Shown: piece by piece, positions 18,486 through 26,810 of the stretch
Layout: each line of letters opens with the position of its first letter
Position numbering within the stretch: position 1 is the stretch's first letter
Source of the DNA: Ktedonobacteria bacterium
Lineage (GTDB): Bacteria > Chloroflexota > Ktedonobacteria > Ktedonobacterales > JACDGC01
Direction of reading: 5' to 3'
Assembly: GCA_027459705.1 (NCBI GenBank)
Contig: DAIDHM010000072.1
Location: 1-56,082, forward strand
Length of the DNA stretch: 56,082 nt
Translations under genes and position numbers: made by a program
Notes under the pieces: generated by a model
Seen by the model: only the letters and a program-made list of their open reading frames with translations
Told to the model about the DNA's origin: nothing
Database searches by the model: none

Positions 18486-19978
18486 TGCGATTGCTGGCAC
18501 ATGAGTCGCGGTGGCGACAGCGCATTTCAGCATATCAAGATGGCACACTGTCAGGTGAGAAGCAACTCCTGGTCGAACAACACCTGCGCACGTGCGCAGC
18601 ATGCCAACAGATGTTGCTGAGCTATGAGCAAATCTATCGTGATTTACGGATGATGCCTGGGTTTGCTGGTAGATTGCGAGCACCCCAGACCGTGCCGAAC
18701 ACCCGACGCACCCAAAGGCGTCTCCGTCTCCCCTGGAGCGGCGGGTATCACAGTAACCAACCATCGTTCGCGGCGGGGCTTGCCGCTGTCCTGATTGTCT
18801 TGCTCGCGATCACGCTGATTTCCAGCCGCGAGTTGCTATTCATTGGACCATCTTCTGATCAAGCGTTACCCGGTGGAGGATTATACAATATTGCGGTAAC
18901 GCCAACCTTAGGCGCATTCACCAGCGACGGCCAGGTCTGCGCGAACGACGCTTCTTTACAGGCCGCCCCGTATTTGTATGGGGGTGAGAACGGTAATGTT
19001 TTTCTCACTACGAATTGTGACGCCTCCGCATTGGCCTTTAGCCTGCCCTACGCTACCTATCGGGTGGCGGATTGGTCGAACGATGGGCGATATGTTCTCA
19101 CGATCGGCACTGCCAGCGGTCCGGGACCGCTCGCGATTGGCGACATTCAGACGGGAACAGCCCGATCGCTCAGCTACTCACAATCGGCGGGAAGCTTCCC
19201 AACAAATTTCGATGAGGCCATATGGGTAAACGACTCCGAGATCCTCGCCCGCGCTGGCAACGATCTCTATAGCCTGACCACCGCGACTACACCTCCCGGA
19301 GGCGACGCGACCCAATGGACACGGGCAACCATCGCAGCCCGCAGTGTGACCCACCTCATTCGCCGTGGCACGTTAATCTATGTCAGCGTCGTAAAAACTG
19401 GGTCGACACCTGGCCAGTTAGTCGCGACAATCGACATCTTCGACCCAGTCGCGAATGCTCTCACAACCATATTTGACCTCGGAGCAGGGAGCGACCCATG
19501 CGCGAGCTCTGACAATACCTGCCTCTGGAACGCGGCATGGGATATCTCGCCCGATAATCAGCACATCGTCTATCAGGCACCACTCCCCACCAACGCAACC
19601 CTCCCGAGTGTAAACGACCCATCCATTCCCGCGACGCTCACCTATGAGCCATTACAACCCTCGCCCGGCACAAAACCCCAACCGCTTTTCGCACTGCCTT
19701 ACACACTCCAGATCCCCAACGTGCTGTTCTCACCGGATAGCTTCCGGGTCGCCGCGCAAGCCGTAGGCGCGCATAACGTGATGATCGCGTCAGTCGTGCA
19801 GATGACCGCAAAATCTGTCCCAGCTTCCACGATGTTTGTCTGGCGCAATGATGGTCTGGCGCTGATCTTCGAGCCTTTGGCCTCGCGGCAGAACGTCCAA
19901 CCGCGCCTGTACCTCATCCTGACCGGCCAGAACCTGCCCCTGACAGCGCGCACCTTTCAATACCAATGGCAACCTTAA
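18485..19978 (+). CDS. Anti-sigma factor (zf-HC2 N-terminus, one TM) with large extracytoplasmic domain
   Basis: ATG overlaps the sigma stop (TGATG). 'HLRTCAACQQ' is a zinc-finger anti-sigma motif. TM 'AAGLAAVLIVLLAITLIS'. The ~370-aa C-terminal domain is unknown. Confidence 0.7.
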   Translation: MRLLAHESRWRQRISAYQDGTLSGEKQLLVEQHLRTCAACQQMLLSYEQIYRDLRMMPGFAGRLRAPQTVPNTRRTQRRLRLPWSGGYHSNQPSFAAGLAAVLIVLLAITLISSRELLFIGPSSDQALPGGGLYNIAVTPTLGAFTSDGQVCANDASLQAAPYLYGGENGNVFLTTNCDASALAFSLPYATYRVADWSNDGRYVLTIGTASGPGPLAIGDIQTGTARSLSYSQSAGSFPTNFDEAIWVNDSEILARAGNDLYSLTTATTPPGGDATQWTRATIAARSVTHLIRRGTLIYVSVVKTGSTPGQLVATIDIFDPVANALTTIFDLGAGSDPCASSDNTCLWNAAWDISPDNQHIVYQAPLPTNATLPSVNDPSIPATLTYEPLQPSPGTKPQPLFALPYTLQIPNVLFSPDSFRVAAQAVGAHNVMIASVVQMTAKSVPASTMFVWRNDGLALIFEPLASRQNVQPRLYLILTGQNLPLTARTFQYQWQP

Positions 19979-19987
19979 ATCGTCCTC

Positions 19988-20986
19988 TCAGAGCAAGGGT
20001 TGTAAGAACAGATTGCGCGCGAGAATCTCGCCAAAGAACGCGAAGACGACAGCGATATACAACATCCCCGTTGCGGACTGAAAGGATCGTTGCCGCTCCA
20101 GGAAAAACGCGATGCCCGTGAGGATCAGCGGTAAACCGAATCCCAACAGATATTGCAAGAGGGTCAACGTCAAGTTGTTGAAAATGACGCCATGGGGCAC
20201 CGGTGAGGTGACGGTGGATCCTCCGGGTTGGGGTGTCGGGGTAGGCGCCGTTGAGACCGAACTATCCGAAGCGACACGGATCGTTTTGGGGAGGATCATC
20301 CGTTCAATGGCTGGATAGGTCGTGATAGGCGCGATGGTCGAACTAGCCGTGACCAGCGCGGAGGTCCTGCTATAGGTCACCGGACCTGCCACCAAGCCAA
20401 AAGTAATCTGCGCGATGATACCAACAATCGTGAGTACAGTAGCAAATTCCAGAGGTTTGCCGCTGGCGGTCGGAGTATTCAGATACCAGTGACCGAGCAA
20501 CATCGCCGTGCTGACGCCGCCCAGTGAGAGCGCCCCCGCCACAAAGGCCGCAACCGTCGGCAATCCGCCCAGCACACCTGCCGCGATCCCCCGAAACGCC
20601 ATCCCCACACAGAGCAAGTCCGCCACACCCAGCAGACAAGCAACGCCGCCGAACACCAGTCGCACGTTACGAGCTTGTTTCGCCACGAGCAGAACGATGT
20701 TGTAGGGGACCTGCAACAACATAAACCAGAGCAAGAGTGGGGACTGCCATTGCAGATACCGGAAATCCAGGTTGAATTTGAAACTATCGCGCAAGAGCGC
20801 GGTACTGGCAAAGCCGTTCAAAGTACCCCACGTCAACAACGTGAAAAGAAAGAGGTACAGCACGCCCTGAAAACGGACAAAATTGATGCTCGTGTCATTG
20901 CGTACGTCCAGCGCGAAAAGTACCAGGAAAGAACCGATGGAGAGTTCAAGCATGACAAGATAAAAGGCGATGGGAATCGTTGGCAT
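19988..20986 (-). CDS. Polytopic integral membrane protein, unknown function
   Basis: About 9 hydrophobic helices. Thr/Ser/Pro-rich loop. No recognisable motif. Confidence 0.5.
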   Translation of the reverse strand: MPTIPIAFYLVMLELSIGSFLVLFALDVRNDTSINFVRFQGVLYLFLFTLLTWGTLNGFASTALLRDSFKFNLDFRYLQWQSPLLLWFMLLQVPYNIVLLVAKQARNVRLVFGGVACLLGVADLLCVGMAFRGIAAGVLGGLPTVAAFVAGALSLGGVSTAMLLGHWYLNTPTASGKPLEFATVLTIVGIIAQITFGLVAGPVTYSRTSALVTASSTIAPITTYPAIERMILPKTIRVASDSSVSTAPTPTPQPGGSTVTSPVPHGVIFNNLTLTLLQYLLGFGLPLILTGIAFFLERQRSFQSATGMLYIAVVFAFFGEILARNLFLQPLL

Positions 20987-21269
20987 GAGGTTCCTCGAGC
21001 GTTGCGAAAGCGCGCGTGGTGCGCGCTGGTCGCTGAATTATCTGATTGCGGGTCATGCACTGACCACGATGCCGGAAACATGCGTCTCCATCATATACTA
21101 CATGACGTGCGATCGGACATCAAGGCGTTTCAGCGCGCAAGACTATACTCATGCGCTATACTATGGATCGATGCCGGTCCCATCGACCGGTTCAGGATCA
21201 TCCAGTTCATGACTTTGATCACCCTGCTCGGTACACGAATCCAGGCGCCAGGGTGGGAGGAACCAGACC

Positions 21270-21794
21270 ATGTCCTTGCCCAATGAAGGGCCAACAATAC
21301 CCACACCACAGGAAGCGGACCATCCGGCCACAACCCCACCATTTTTTGAATCCGCCAGCGTCGTCTCAGCCCTGAAATGGGGGGTGATTGTGGGCGTTGC
21401 TTATTTTGTCCTCGCCTATCTGGTCGCTTTGCTCAGCAATGTGATCGTCGGATTTGGCAACAATCCGACACAGAATCCCAGTCTGGTGATCCCCGCCTGC
21501 CTGGGTCTGTTCGTGATCGTCTTCGCCCTCTATGTCGCAGGCTATTTACCAGCCATGGAGCGCGGACAGATCGGGCCAGGTTTGCTGAGCACATTGGTTA
21601 TGCTGGCGATCTCGAATATTCTGGGAAAATTCATCAACCCCGCAGGCAAGGCGATCGTGGGAGGCGCTGGCTCTTTAACGGTACAGATCGTTTCCTTCTT
21701 CGTCTCTGTCGCGCTCGCCGTGGGGATTGGCTACCTTGGCGCATTCTATGGCGTAAAGCGCAATGCGCGTACGACAAATTCGAAGACTGCCTGA
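21270..21794 (+). CDS. Small 4-TM membrane protein, unknown function
   Basis: Hydropathy pattern. SD-like 'GGGAGG' sits 7 nt upstream of the ATG. Confidence 0.45.
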   Translation: MSLPNEGPTIPTPQEADHPATTPPFFESASVVSALKWGVIVGVAYFVLAYLVALLSNVIVGFGNNPTQNPSLVIPACLGLFVIVFALYVAGYLPAMERGQIGPGLLSTLVMLAISNILGKFINPAGKAIVGGAGSLTVQIVSFFVSVALAVGIGYLGAFYGVKRNARTTNSKTA

Positions 21795-22001
21795 ACCGCC
21801 CGTACCCACCATTTACCCAATTTCAGGCGAAAGTTTGCTGGAGCGTAGCCTCAGGTTGGGAGTCGTACCAACGGAGGGCACTGAGTGAACTCTGGCGAGT
21901 GTCCCTCTGTCTCCCTCCGTCGACAACGATCCTACCAACTGCACCCGCCTGGGGAAAGGTGCTGGTGGGAAAGGCGCGGTCAGATCGCGAGGTCAATGCT
22001 C

Positions 22002-22877
22002 TCATTCGGTCAGATCCAGCGTGCGGAGATACGCTTTGAGGGCGGGAGCCAGATCCGGACGGCGGAGGGTAAAATCAATGCTCGTTGTGAGCCAGCCCAC
22101 CGTATCACCAGTATCATAGCGCTGACCGTTAAATTCCAGCCCGTAGATCGTCTCGAACTGCAACAACATCGCCAGGGCATCGGTCAACTGGATCTCGCCG
22201 CCCTTGCCGGGTGGTGTCTTTTCGAGGAGACTGAAGATGCGTGGGGAGAGAATATAGCGTCCTACGACCGCCAGATTCGATGGCGCCTCATGCACCGGAG
22301 GCTTCTCCACCAGGCCCCGCACCCGGAACAGGTGAGGTTCCAGTTGCTCGCCAGCAATGACCCCATAGCGCGAGACCTCCTGTGGGAGCACACGCATCGT
22401 GCTGATCACCGATGCTTGCAACTGTTCCGCTCGCGCGACCAACTGGCCCAGGCAGTTAGGACCGGCGGGGCTATACATGACATCATCGCCCAGTAAGACG
22501 GCGAACGGCTCGGTATCGCCGATGATGGCGCGCGCCATCAAGATTGCATGCCCCAGACCGCGAGGCTGAGATTGGCGAACGTAGCTGAAGCGCGCCAAGG
22601 ATTCAATGTGGCGCAGACGTTCCAACATACGCGTGTTATTTTTGGCTTCAAGGGTGCGGGTCAACTCTGGGTTCTCATCAAAATAATCCTCGATAGCACG
22701 CATATGGCGATTGGTAATTAGGATAATATGATCAATTCCCGCCGCTACTGCTTCTTCCACAACATATTGCAGGGTCGGCAAATCGGCCACCGGTAATAAT
22801 GGTTTGGGCACGGCTTTTGTTGCGGGCAATACGCGGGTTCCCCACCCCGCCACCGGTATTACTGCTTTTCGAATCAC
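22002..22877 (-). CDS. galU: UTP--glucose-1-phosphate uridylyltransferase
   Basis: 'KAVIPVAGWGTRVLPATKAVPKPLLPV...YVVEEAVAAGI' and 'VEKP' are GalU signature motifs. Confidence 0.9.
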   Translation of the reverse strand: MIRKAVIPVAGWGTRVLPATKAVPKPLLPVADLPTLQYVVEEAVAAGIDHIILITNRHMRAIEDYFDENPELTRTLEAKNNTRMLERLRHIESLARFSYVRQSQPRGLGHAILMARAIIGDTEPFAVLLGDDVMYSPAGPNCLGQLVARAEQLQASVISTMRVLPQEVSRYGVIAGEQLEPHLFRVRGLVEKPPVHEAPSNLAVVGRYILSPRIFSLLEKTPPGKGGEIQLTDALAMLLQFETIYGLEFNGQRYDTGDTVGWLTTSIDFTLRRPDLAPALKAYLRTLDLTE

Positions 22878-23157
22878 GCTCTACCTCTCCAATAACCAAT
22901 CTTGTCCTACCCAATTATCGGCTGATGCGGTCATCCCGTCAAGTCTCACTACCAGGCGCGATCGTTGCCAGCGGGGCCAGACTATCCGGACCGCGCACGA
23001 CTTCGCGCGGCAACTGACCTGACGCAACGTATTGCTGCGTCGCCGACGACCAGCATCCGCGCAGACTAAGTCTCAGCAAGTACCCCATGTGCTGGGAAAA
23101 TAGCAAGAATTAGGCGATTCTCCCGGAAAACACGGATCGAATGCCAGAAGAGCTTCC

Positions 23158-23186
23158 TTGACAGGGTCGCGCCGTTCAGGTATACT
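23158..23186 (+). promoter_or_regulatory. Sigma70-type promoter for the TetR/ABC operon: -35 TTGACA (23158-23163), 17-nt spacer, -10 TATACT (23181-23186)
   Basis: Consensus -35, optimal spacing, 5/6 -10 match. Located 31 nt upstream of the TetR ATG. Confidence 0.6.
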
Positions 23187-23192
23187 CTTGAC

Positions 23193-23202
23193 TGATCGAT
23201 CA
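23193..23202. promoter_or_regulatory. 10-bp perfect palindrome TGATCGATCA between the -10 and the SD; candidate TetR autoregulatory operator
   Basis: Palindrome read from the sequence. Its position overlaps the predicted transcription start/leader. Confidence 0.45.
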
Positions 23203-23216
23203 ATCAGGAGAATTCT

Positions 23217-23816
23217 ATGCAGGCTGACCCCCGCGACGAACGCCGCAAACAGATCATGGAAGCCGCGCTTCCCGTCTTCGCCGCCAATGGGTTCCATGGA
23301 ACCTCGAATCGTGCTATTGCCAGCGCGGCGGGTATCGCGCCAGGGCTGATCTATTGGTATTTCAAGAACAAGGAGGATCTGTTCACGACGATCCTGGATA
23401 CCTACGCGCCTTTCAGCCGCATCGCGATCCCCTTTGCCACGCTGGCCGAGGTGCCCCCGCAGGTCGTCTTGCCGCGCCTCGTCGCCCGTATCGCCGAATT
23501 GATGACCGATCGACGGACGTTGCTCGTGATGCGGTTACTCATCGCAGAGACGATCACCAACCCTGATGCCGGTCTACGCCTCAACAGTATGGTCAAAAGC
23601 ATCCTGGATCCGCTCGCGGAGTATCTGCGCGGCCAGATCGCGCGCGGCCGGTTGCGCGATGGCGAAGCGTTACTGATGGCACAGACGGTGATCAGCATGA
23701 CGGTCTTCTTTCTGATCAGACGGGTCGTCGGCCAGGATGCCGATCTGCTCGCTTACACAATCGATGATTTCAGCATATTTCTGGTCGCGACCTTCATGGC
23801 TGCCTATGGCGCCTGA
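23217..23816 (+). CDS. TetR/AcrR family transcriptional regulator
   Basis: N-terminal HTH 'AALPVFAANGFHGTSNRAIASAAGIAPGLIYWYFKNKEDLF'. Confidence 0.9.
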   Translation: MQADPRDERRKQIMEAALPVFAANGFHGTSNRAIASAAGIAPGLIYWYFKNKEDLFTTILDTYAPFSRIAIPFATLAEVPPQVVLPRLVARIAELMTDRRTLLVMRLLIAETITNPDAGLRLNSMVKSILDPLAEYLRGQIARGRLRDGEALLMAQTVISMTVFFLIRRVVGQDADLLAYTIDDFSIFLVATFMAAYGA

Positions 23817-23869
23817 CCAGCCCGATCATCACCTCCACCACAGCCGCGCTGTGAGAAAGTGCAACTGAT

Positions 23870-24628
23870 ATGCCGGAACTTACCAATCCAGACCCCATCG
23901 TCGTCGATCACGTCGGCAAATCGTTCGGCAATGTCAACGCGCTGGATGACGTAAGCCTGACCGTCGCCAGTGGGGAGACGTTTGGCCTCGTCGGTCCTAA
24001 TGGCTCTGGCAAGACGACGCTAATCCGCCTGCTGCTCGGCCTGGGTCGCCCCACCAGGGGCGAGATCCGCGTGCTTGGCCATGTTATGCCAGACCGCGCG
24101 GTCGCCGGACAGATCGGGTATATGACACAAGCTAACGCTCTCTACGCTGAATTGAGCGTCCGTGAGAATCTGGCATTTTTCGGCGGTTTGTATGGCCTGC
24201 ATGGTCGAAGGCTCGCTGCCCGCACTGCCACCACCCTTGCGCTGGTGGACCTGGCGGATCGCGCCAACTCGCCCGCCAGTACTCTCAGTGGTGGCATGCG
24301 CCAGCGGCTCTCGCTGGCCTGCGCACTCATACATGAGCCGCGCCTGCTCTTCCTGGATGAGCCGACCGTCGGCATTGATCCGGAACTTCGCCATACCTTT
24401 TGGGATTACTTCGCGAACCTCAATGCCGCGGGTGTGACGATTATCGTCTCGACCCATTATCTGGATGAAGCAGCGCGCTGTCACCGACTTGGCCTCTTGC
24501 GCTTCGGTCGTCTGCTAGCTGCGGACACGCCAGATTCTTTACGCGCAATCTCTGGCGAGTCCGACTTCGAACGCGCTTTCCTCTATTTTGCTCTACGCGC
24601 CGGTGGCGCAGTCGCGAAAGGAGCTTGA
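23870..24628 (+). CDS. ABC transporter ATP-binding protein (ABC-2/drug-efflux type)
   Basis: Walker A 'GPNGSGKTT', signature 'LSGGMRQRL', Walker B 'LLFLDEPT'. Confidence 0.9.
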   Translation: MPELTNPDPIVVDHVGKSFGNVNALDDVSLTVASGETFGLVGPNGSGKTTLIRLLLGLGRPTRGEIRVLGHVMPDRAVAGQIGYMTQANALYAELSVRENLAFFGGLYGLHGRRLAARTATTLALVDLADRANSPASTLSGGMRQRLSLACALIHEPRLLFLDEPTVGIDPELRHTFWDYFANLNAAGVTIIVSTHYLDEAARCHRLGLLRFGRLLAADTPDSLRAISGESDFERAFLYFALRAGGAVAKGA

Positions 24629-25761
24629 TTATGCCTGCGTTTGGGTACGGACTATCCATGCGCCGCGTCGCCAATCTGACGATGCGCATCATCCGTCAAT
24701 TCACGCGCGACCGCCGCACGATCGCACTGCTCTTTCTGGCGCCGATCGTCATCCTGACCATTCTCAATTTTGTCTTGAATAATTCGGCGAACCAGGTGAC
24801 ACTGGGTTTCGTCGCGCCAGATGGCGCCACTGGCCAGGTGGTCACGCAGGAGCTTCGCGCCGCTGTCCAAGGCCAGCAAGGTCTGGTGCTTACCACCGTC
24901 GTGCGCGACTCTGTGGATGCGACGCTGCGATCTGGCAATGTCGATGGCATTCTGATCTTTCCGACCGATTTGAGCGGTGTCGCAGCGACAGGTACACTGC
25001 GCCTGACTCTCGATCTCGAAGGGTCGAATCCTGGCGCTGCCAAACAACTCATCAGTATATCCAATCTGCTGGCGCACGCGCTCAGCACCACCCCAGGCGC
25101 AGCACCGACCGCCATTACCACCTCGATCAGCGCGAACTACCTCTATGGCGGCCCGCAGTTCACCCAGACCGATGCGCTCGCACCGATGCTGGTGGGAGTA
25201 TTCTCGTTCTTCTTCGTCTTCCTGCTGACGTCGGTTGCTTTCCTGCGCGAACGATCCCAGGGGACGATCGAGCGGCTGATGGTCTCACCCCTCCGTCGCT
25301 CCGAACTGGTGCTGGGGTATGTCTGTGGTTTCACCATCTTCGCGTTACTGCAATCAATCGAGGTGTTGGTCTTCGTGATCGGCGTCCTCCAGGTGCACTA
25401 CCACGGCAATATCGCGCTACTCTTTCTGGTGACGCTGGCGCTGACGATCGGCGGCGTGAATCTGGGAATCTTCGCATCAGCTTTCGCCCGCAACGAGTTG
25501 CAGGTTATACAATTCATTCCGCTCTTGCTCGTCCCTCAGATCCTGCTCGGCGGTCTCTTCTTCGCCGTCAAGTCGCTGCCTATCGTGCTGCACCAACTGG
25601 CCTATATCATGCCGCTGACCTACGCGAATTTCGCGCTGCAAGACATCATGCTCAAAGGCTATGGCCTGGGACAAATCTGGCCAGATCTGCTGTTCCTGGT
25701 GGGCTTCGCCGTCCTGATGATCGCGCTCTCGGCCTATTCACTGCGCGGCGAGCGCATCTGA
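24625..25761 (+). CDS. ABC-2 family transporter permease
   Basis: ATGA overlap with the ATPase gene. 6 TM helices with a large first extracytoplasmic loop, typical of ABC-2 permeases. Confidence 0.8.
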   Translation: MIMPAFGYGLSMRRVANLTMRIIRQFTRDRRTIALLFLAPIVILTILNFVLNNSANQVTLGFVAPDGATGQVVTQELRAAVQGQQGLVLTTVVRDSVDATLRSGNVDGILIFPTDLSGVAATGTLRLTLDLEGSNPGAAKQLISISNLLAHALSTTPGAAPTAITTSISANYLYGGPQFTQTDALAPMLVGVFSFFFVFLLTSVAFLRERSQGTIERLMVSPLRRSELVLGYVCGFTIFALLQSIEVLVFVIGVLQVHYHGNIALLFLVTLALTIGGVNLGIFASAFARNELQVIQFIPLLLVPQILLGGLFFAVKSLPIVLHQLAYIMPLTYANFALQDIMLKGYGLGQIWPDLLFLVGFAVLMIALSAYSLRGERI

Positions 25762-25920
25762 TCCATGCGGTCATACCTCGAGTTGCGGCTTACATTGGAT
25801 CGTTGTCGATGGGCAAGGCGCCGTAGGCGCGAGCGTTTGACATCGCGGCAAAAGGCAAGCAGGTGACGATAGACTCGCGAGATTGGAGGGCAAGGATCCT
25901 CGCAGCCCAAACCAGATGTT

Positions 25921-25960
25921 GAAAAACACCAACCCCAGACCACAATGATGGTCTGGGGTT
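25921..25960 (-). terminator. Rho-independent terminator of tRNA-Gly (stem CCCCAGACC/GGTCTGGGG, then GGUGUUUUUC on the minus strand)
   Basis: 11-bp perfect stem with 7-nt loop immediately 3' of the tRNA, followed by a U5 tract. Confidence 0.7.
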
Positions 25961-25967
25961 GAAAGGG

Positions 25968-26039
25968 AGCGGCGCACGGGGCTCGAACCCGTGACCTACA
26001 CCTTGGCAAGGTGTCGTGCTACCACTGCACCAGCGCCGC
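25968..26039 (-). tRNA. tRNA-Gly (anticodon GCC), no encoded CCA
   Basis: Reverse complement folds as a cloverleaf: acceptor GCGGCGC/GCGCCGC, D-arm 'GUGCAGUGGUAGCAC', anticodon stem ACACC/GGUGU with loop UUGCCAA, T-arm 'ACGGGUUCGAGCCCCGU', discriminator U. Confidence 0.9.
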
Positions 26040-26062
26040 GTGACGCGTATATCACGTTGCCT

Positions 26063-26091
26063 ATTGTATCATCAGCGCGGGCGTGTGTCAA
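26063..26091 (-). promoter_or_regulatory. Sigma70-type promoter for tRNA-Gly: -35 TTGACA, 17-nt spacer, -10 TACAAT
   Basis: Read on the minus strand. The -35 lies a few nt after the stop of the upstream ParA-like gene. The -10 ends 23 nt before the tRNA 5' end. Confidence 0.55.
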
Positions 26092-26095
26092 GTGC

Positions 26096-26785
26096 TCAAC
26101 GCAAACCCACCAGTCGCGCCAGCGTCGTCCCCAGCCGGGTGATAGCAGCGAGATATGTCGGATGGGGTTCCGTGCTGACACTCAAAGCCGCGTCCTCATC
26201 GGTCAACGCCAGCCGATAGTCGGCTGGCCAGTATCCCAGGACGGGGAGGCCATCGGCGGTCTCTTGGGGAAGGTCTTCCATATCTTTGCCGTTGACACGC
26301 GCGAAGACCACGCCGACACTTTGGCGCTCACGGAGAGACTCGAAGCGCTCCGCGACCTTCTTGGCAACCTGTTGCCCATCGATCGTCGCCTCGGAGGCGA
26401 TCAACAGGTAATCAATGCCTTTGCCGGCAGGCAACCCCTGGGCATGCTCCAATTGGCTAGCCTCACCATCTATCAGGATGCATCGGATCTTACCCTGAAC
26501 ATCAGCGCGCATCCTGGTCAAGAGTCCTGGAATGTCACGTAGCCAGGGCGCTGGCGCCGTCCAGAGCACCACATGCTCCGCGGGCATCTGGCGCGCCAAT
26601 AATTGAACGCGCTGGGGTCGACGGGTGAGGTCCGCCAGCAAGACAGGCATCTTCTGCGCACCATACGCCCGCGCCAGAAAATAGGCCGCGGTACTCAGCC
26701 CGTGCCCACGATGTTCTTGCGTGATGGCGATGACTTTAATGGATGATGGACCAGGTATGGACATGATCTCCGTTCTCGCCCCCAA
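26096..26785 (-). CDS. ParA/MinD-fold protein with degenerate P-loop (probable pseudo-ATPase)
   Basis: 'KVIAITQEHRGHGLSTAAYFLA' occupies the position of the deviant Walker A (KGGxGK[ST]) but lacks the lysines. 'ILIDGEAS' and the C-terminal 'PVLGYWPADYRLA' resemble ParA/MinD-family topology. Confidence 0.5.
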   Translation of the reverse strand: MGARTEIMSIPGPSSIKVIAITQEHRGHGLSTAAYFLARAYGAQKMPVLLADLTRRPQRVQLLARQMPAEHVVLWTAPAPWLRDIPGLLTRMRADVQGKIRCILIDGEASQLEHAQGLPAGKGIDYLLIASEATIDGQQVAKKVAERFESLRERQSVGVVFARVNGKDMEDLPQETADGLPVLGYWPADYRLALTDEDAALSVSTEPHPTYLAAITRLGTTLARLVGLR

Positions 26786-26810
26786 CCAGACGGCCTTAAC
26801 AAGGGACTAG

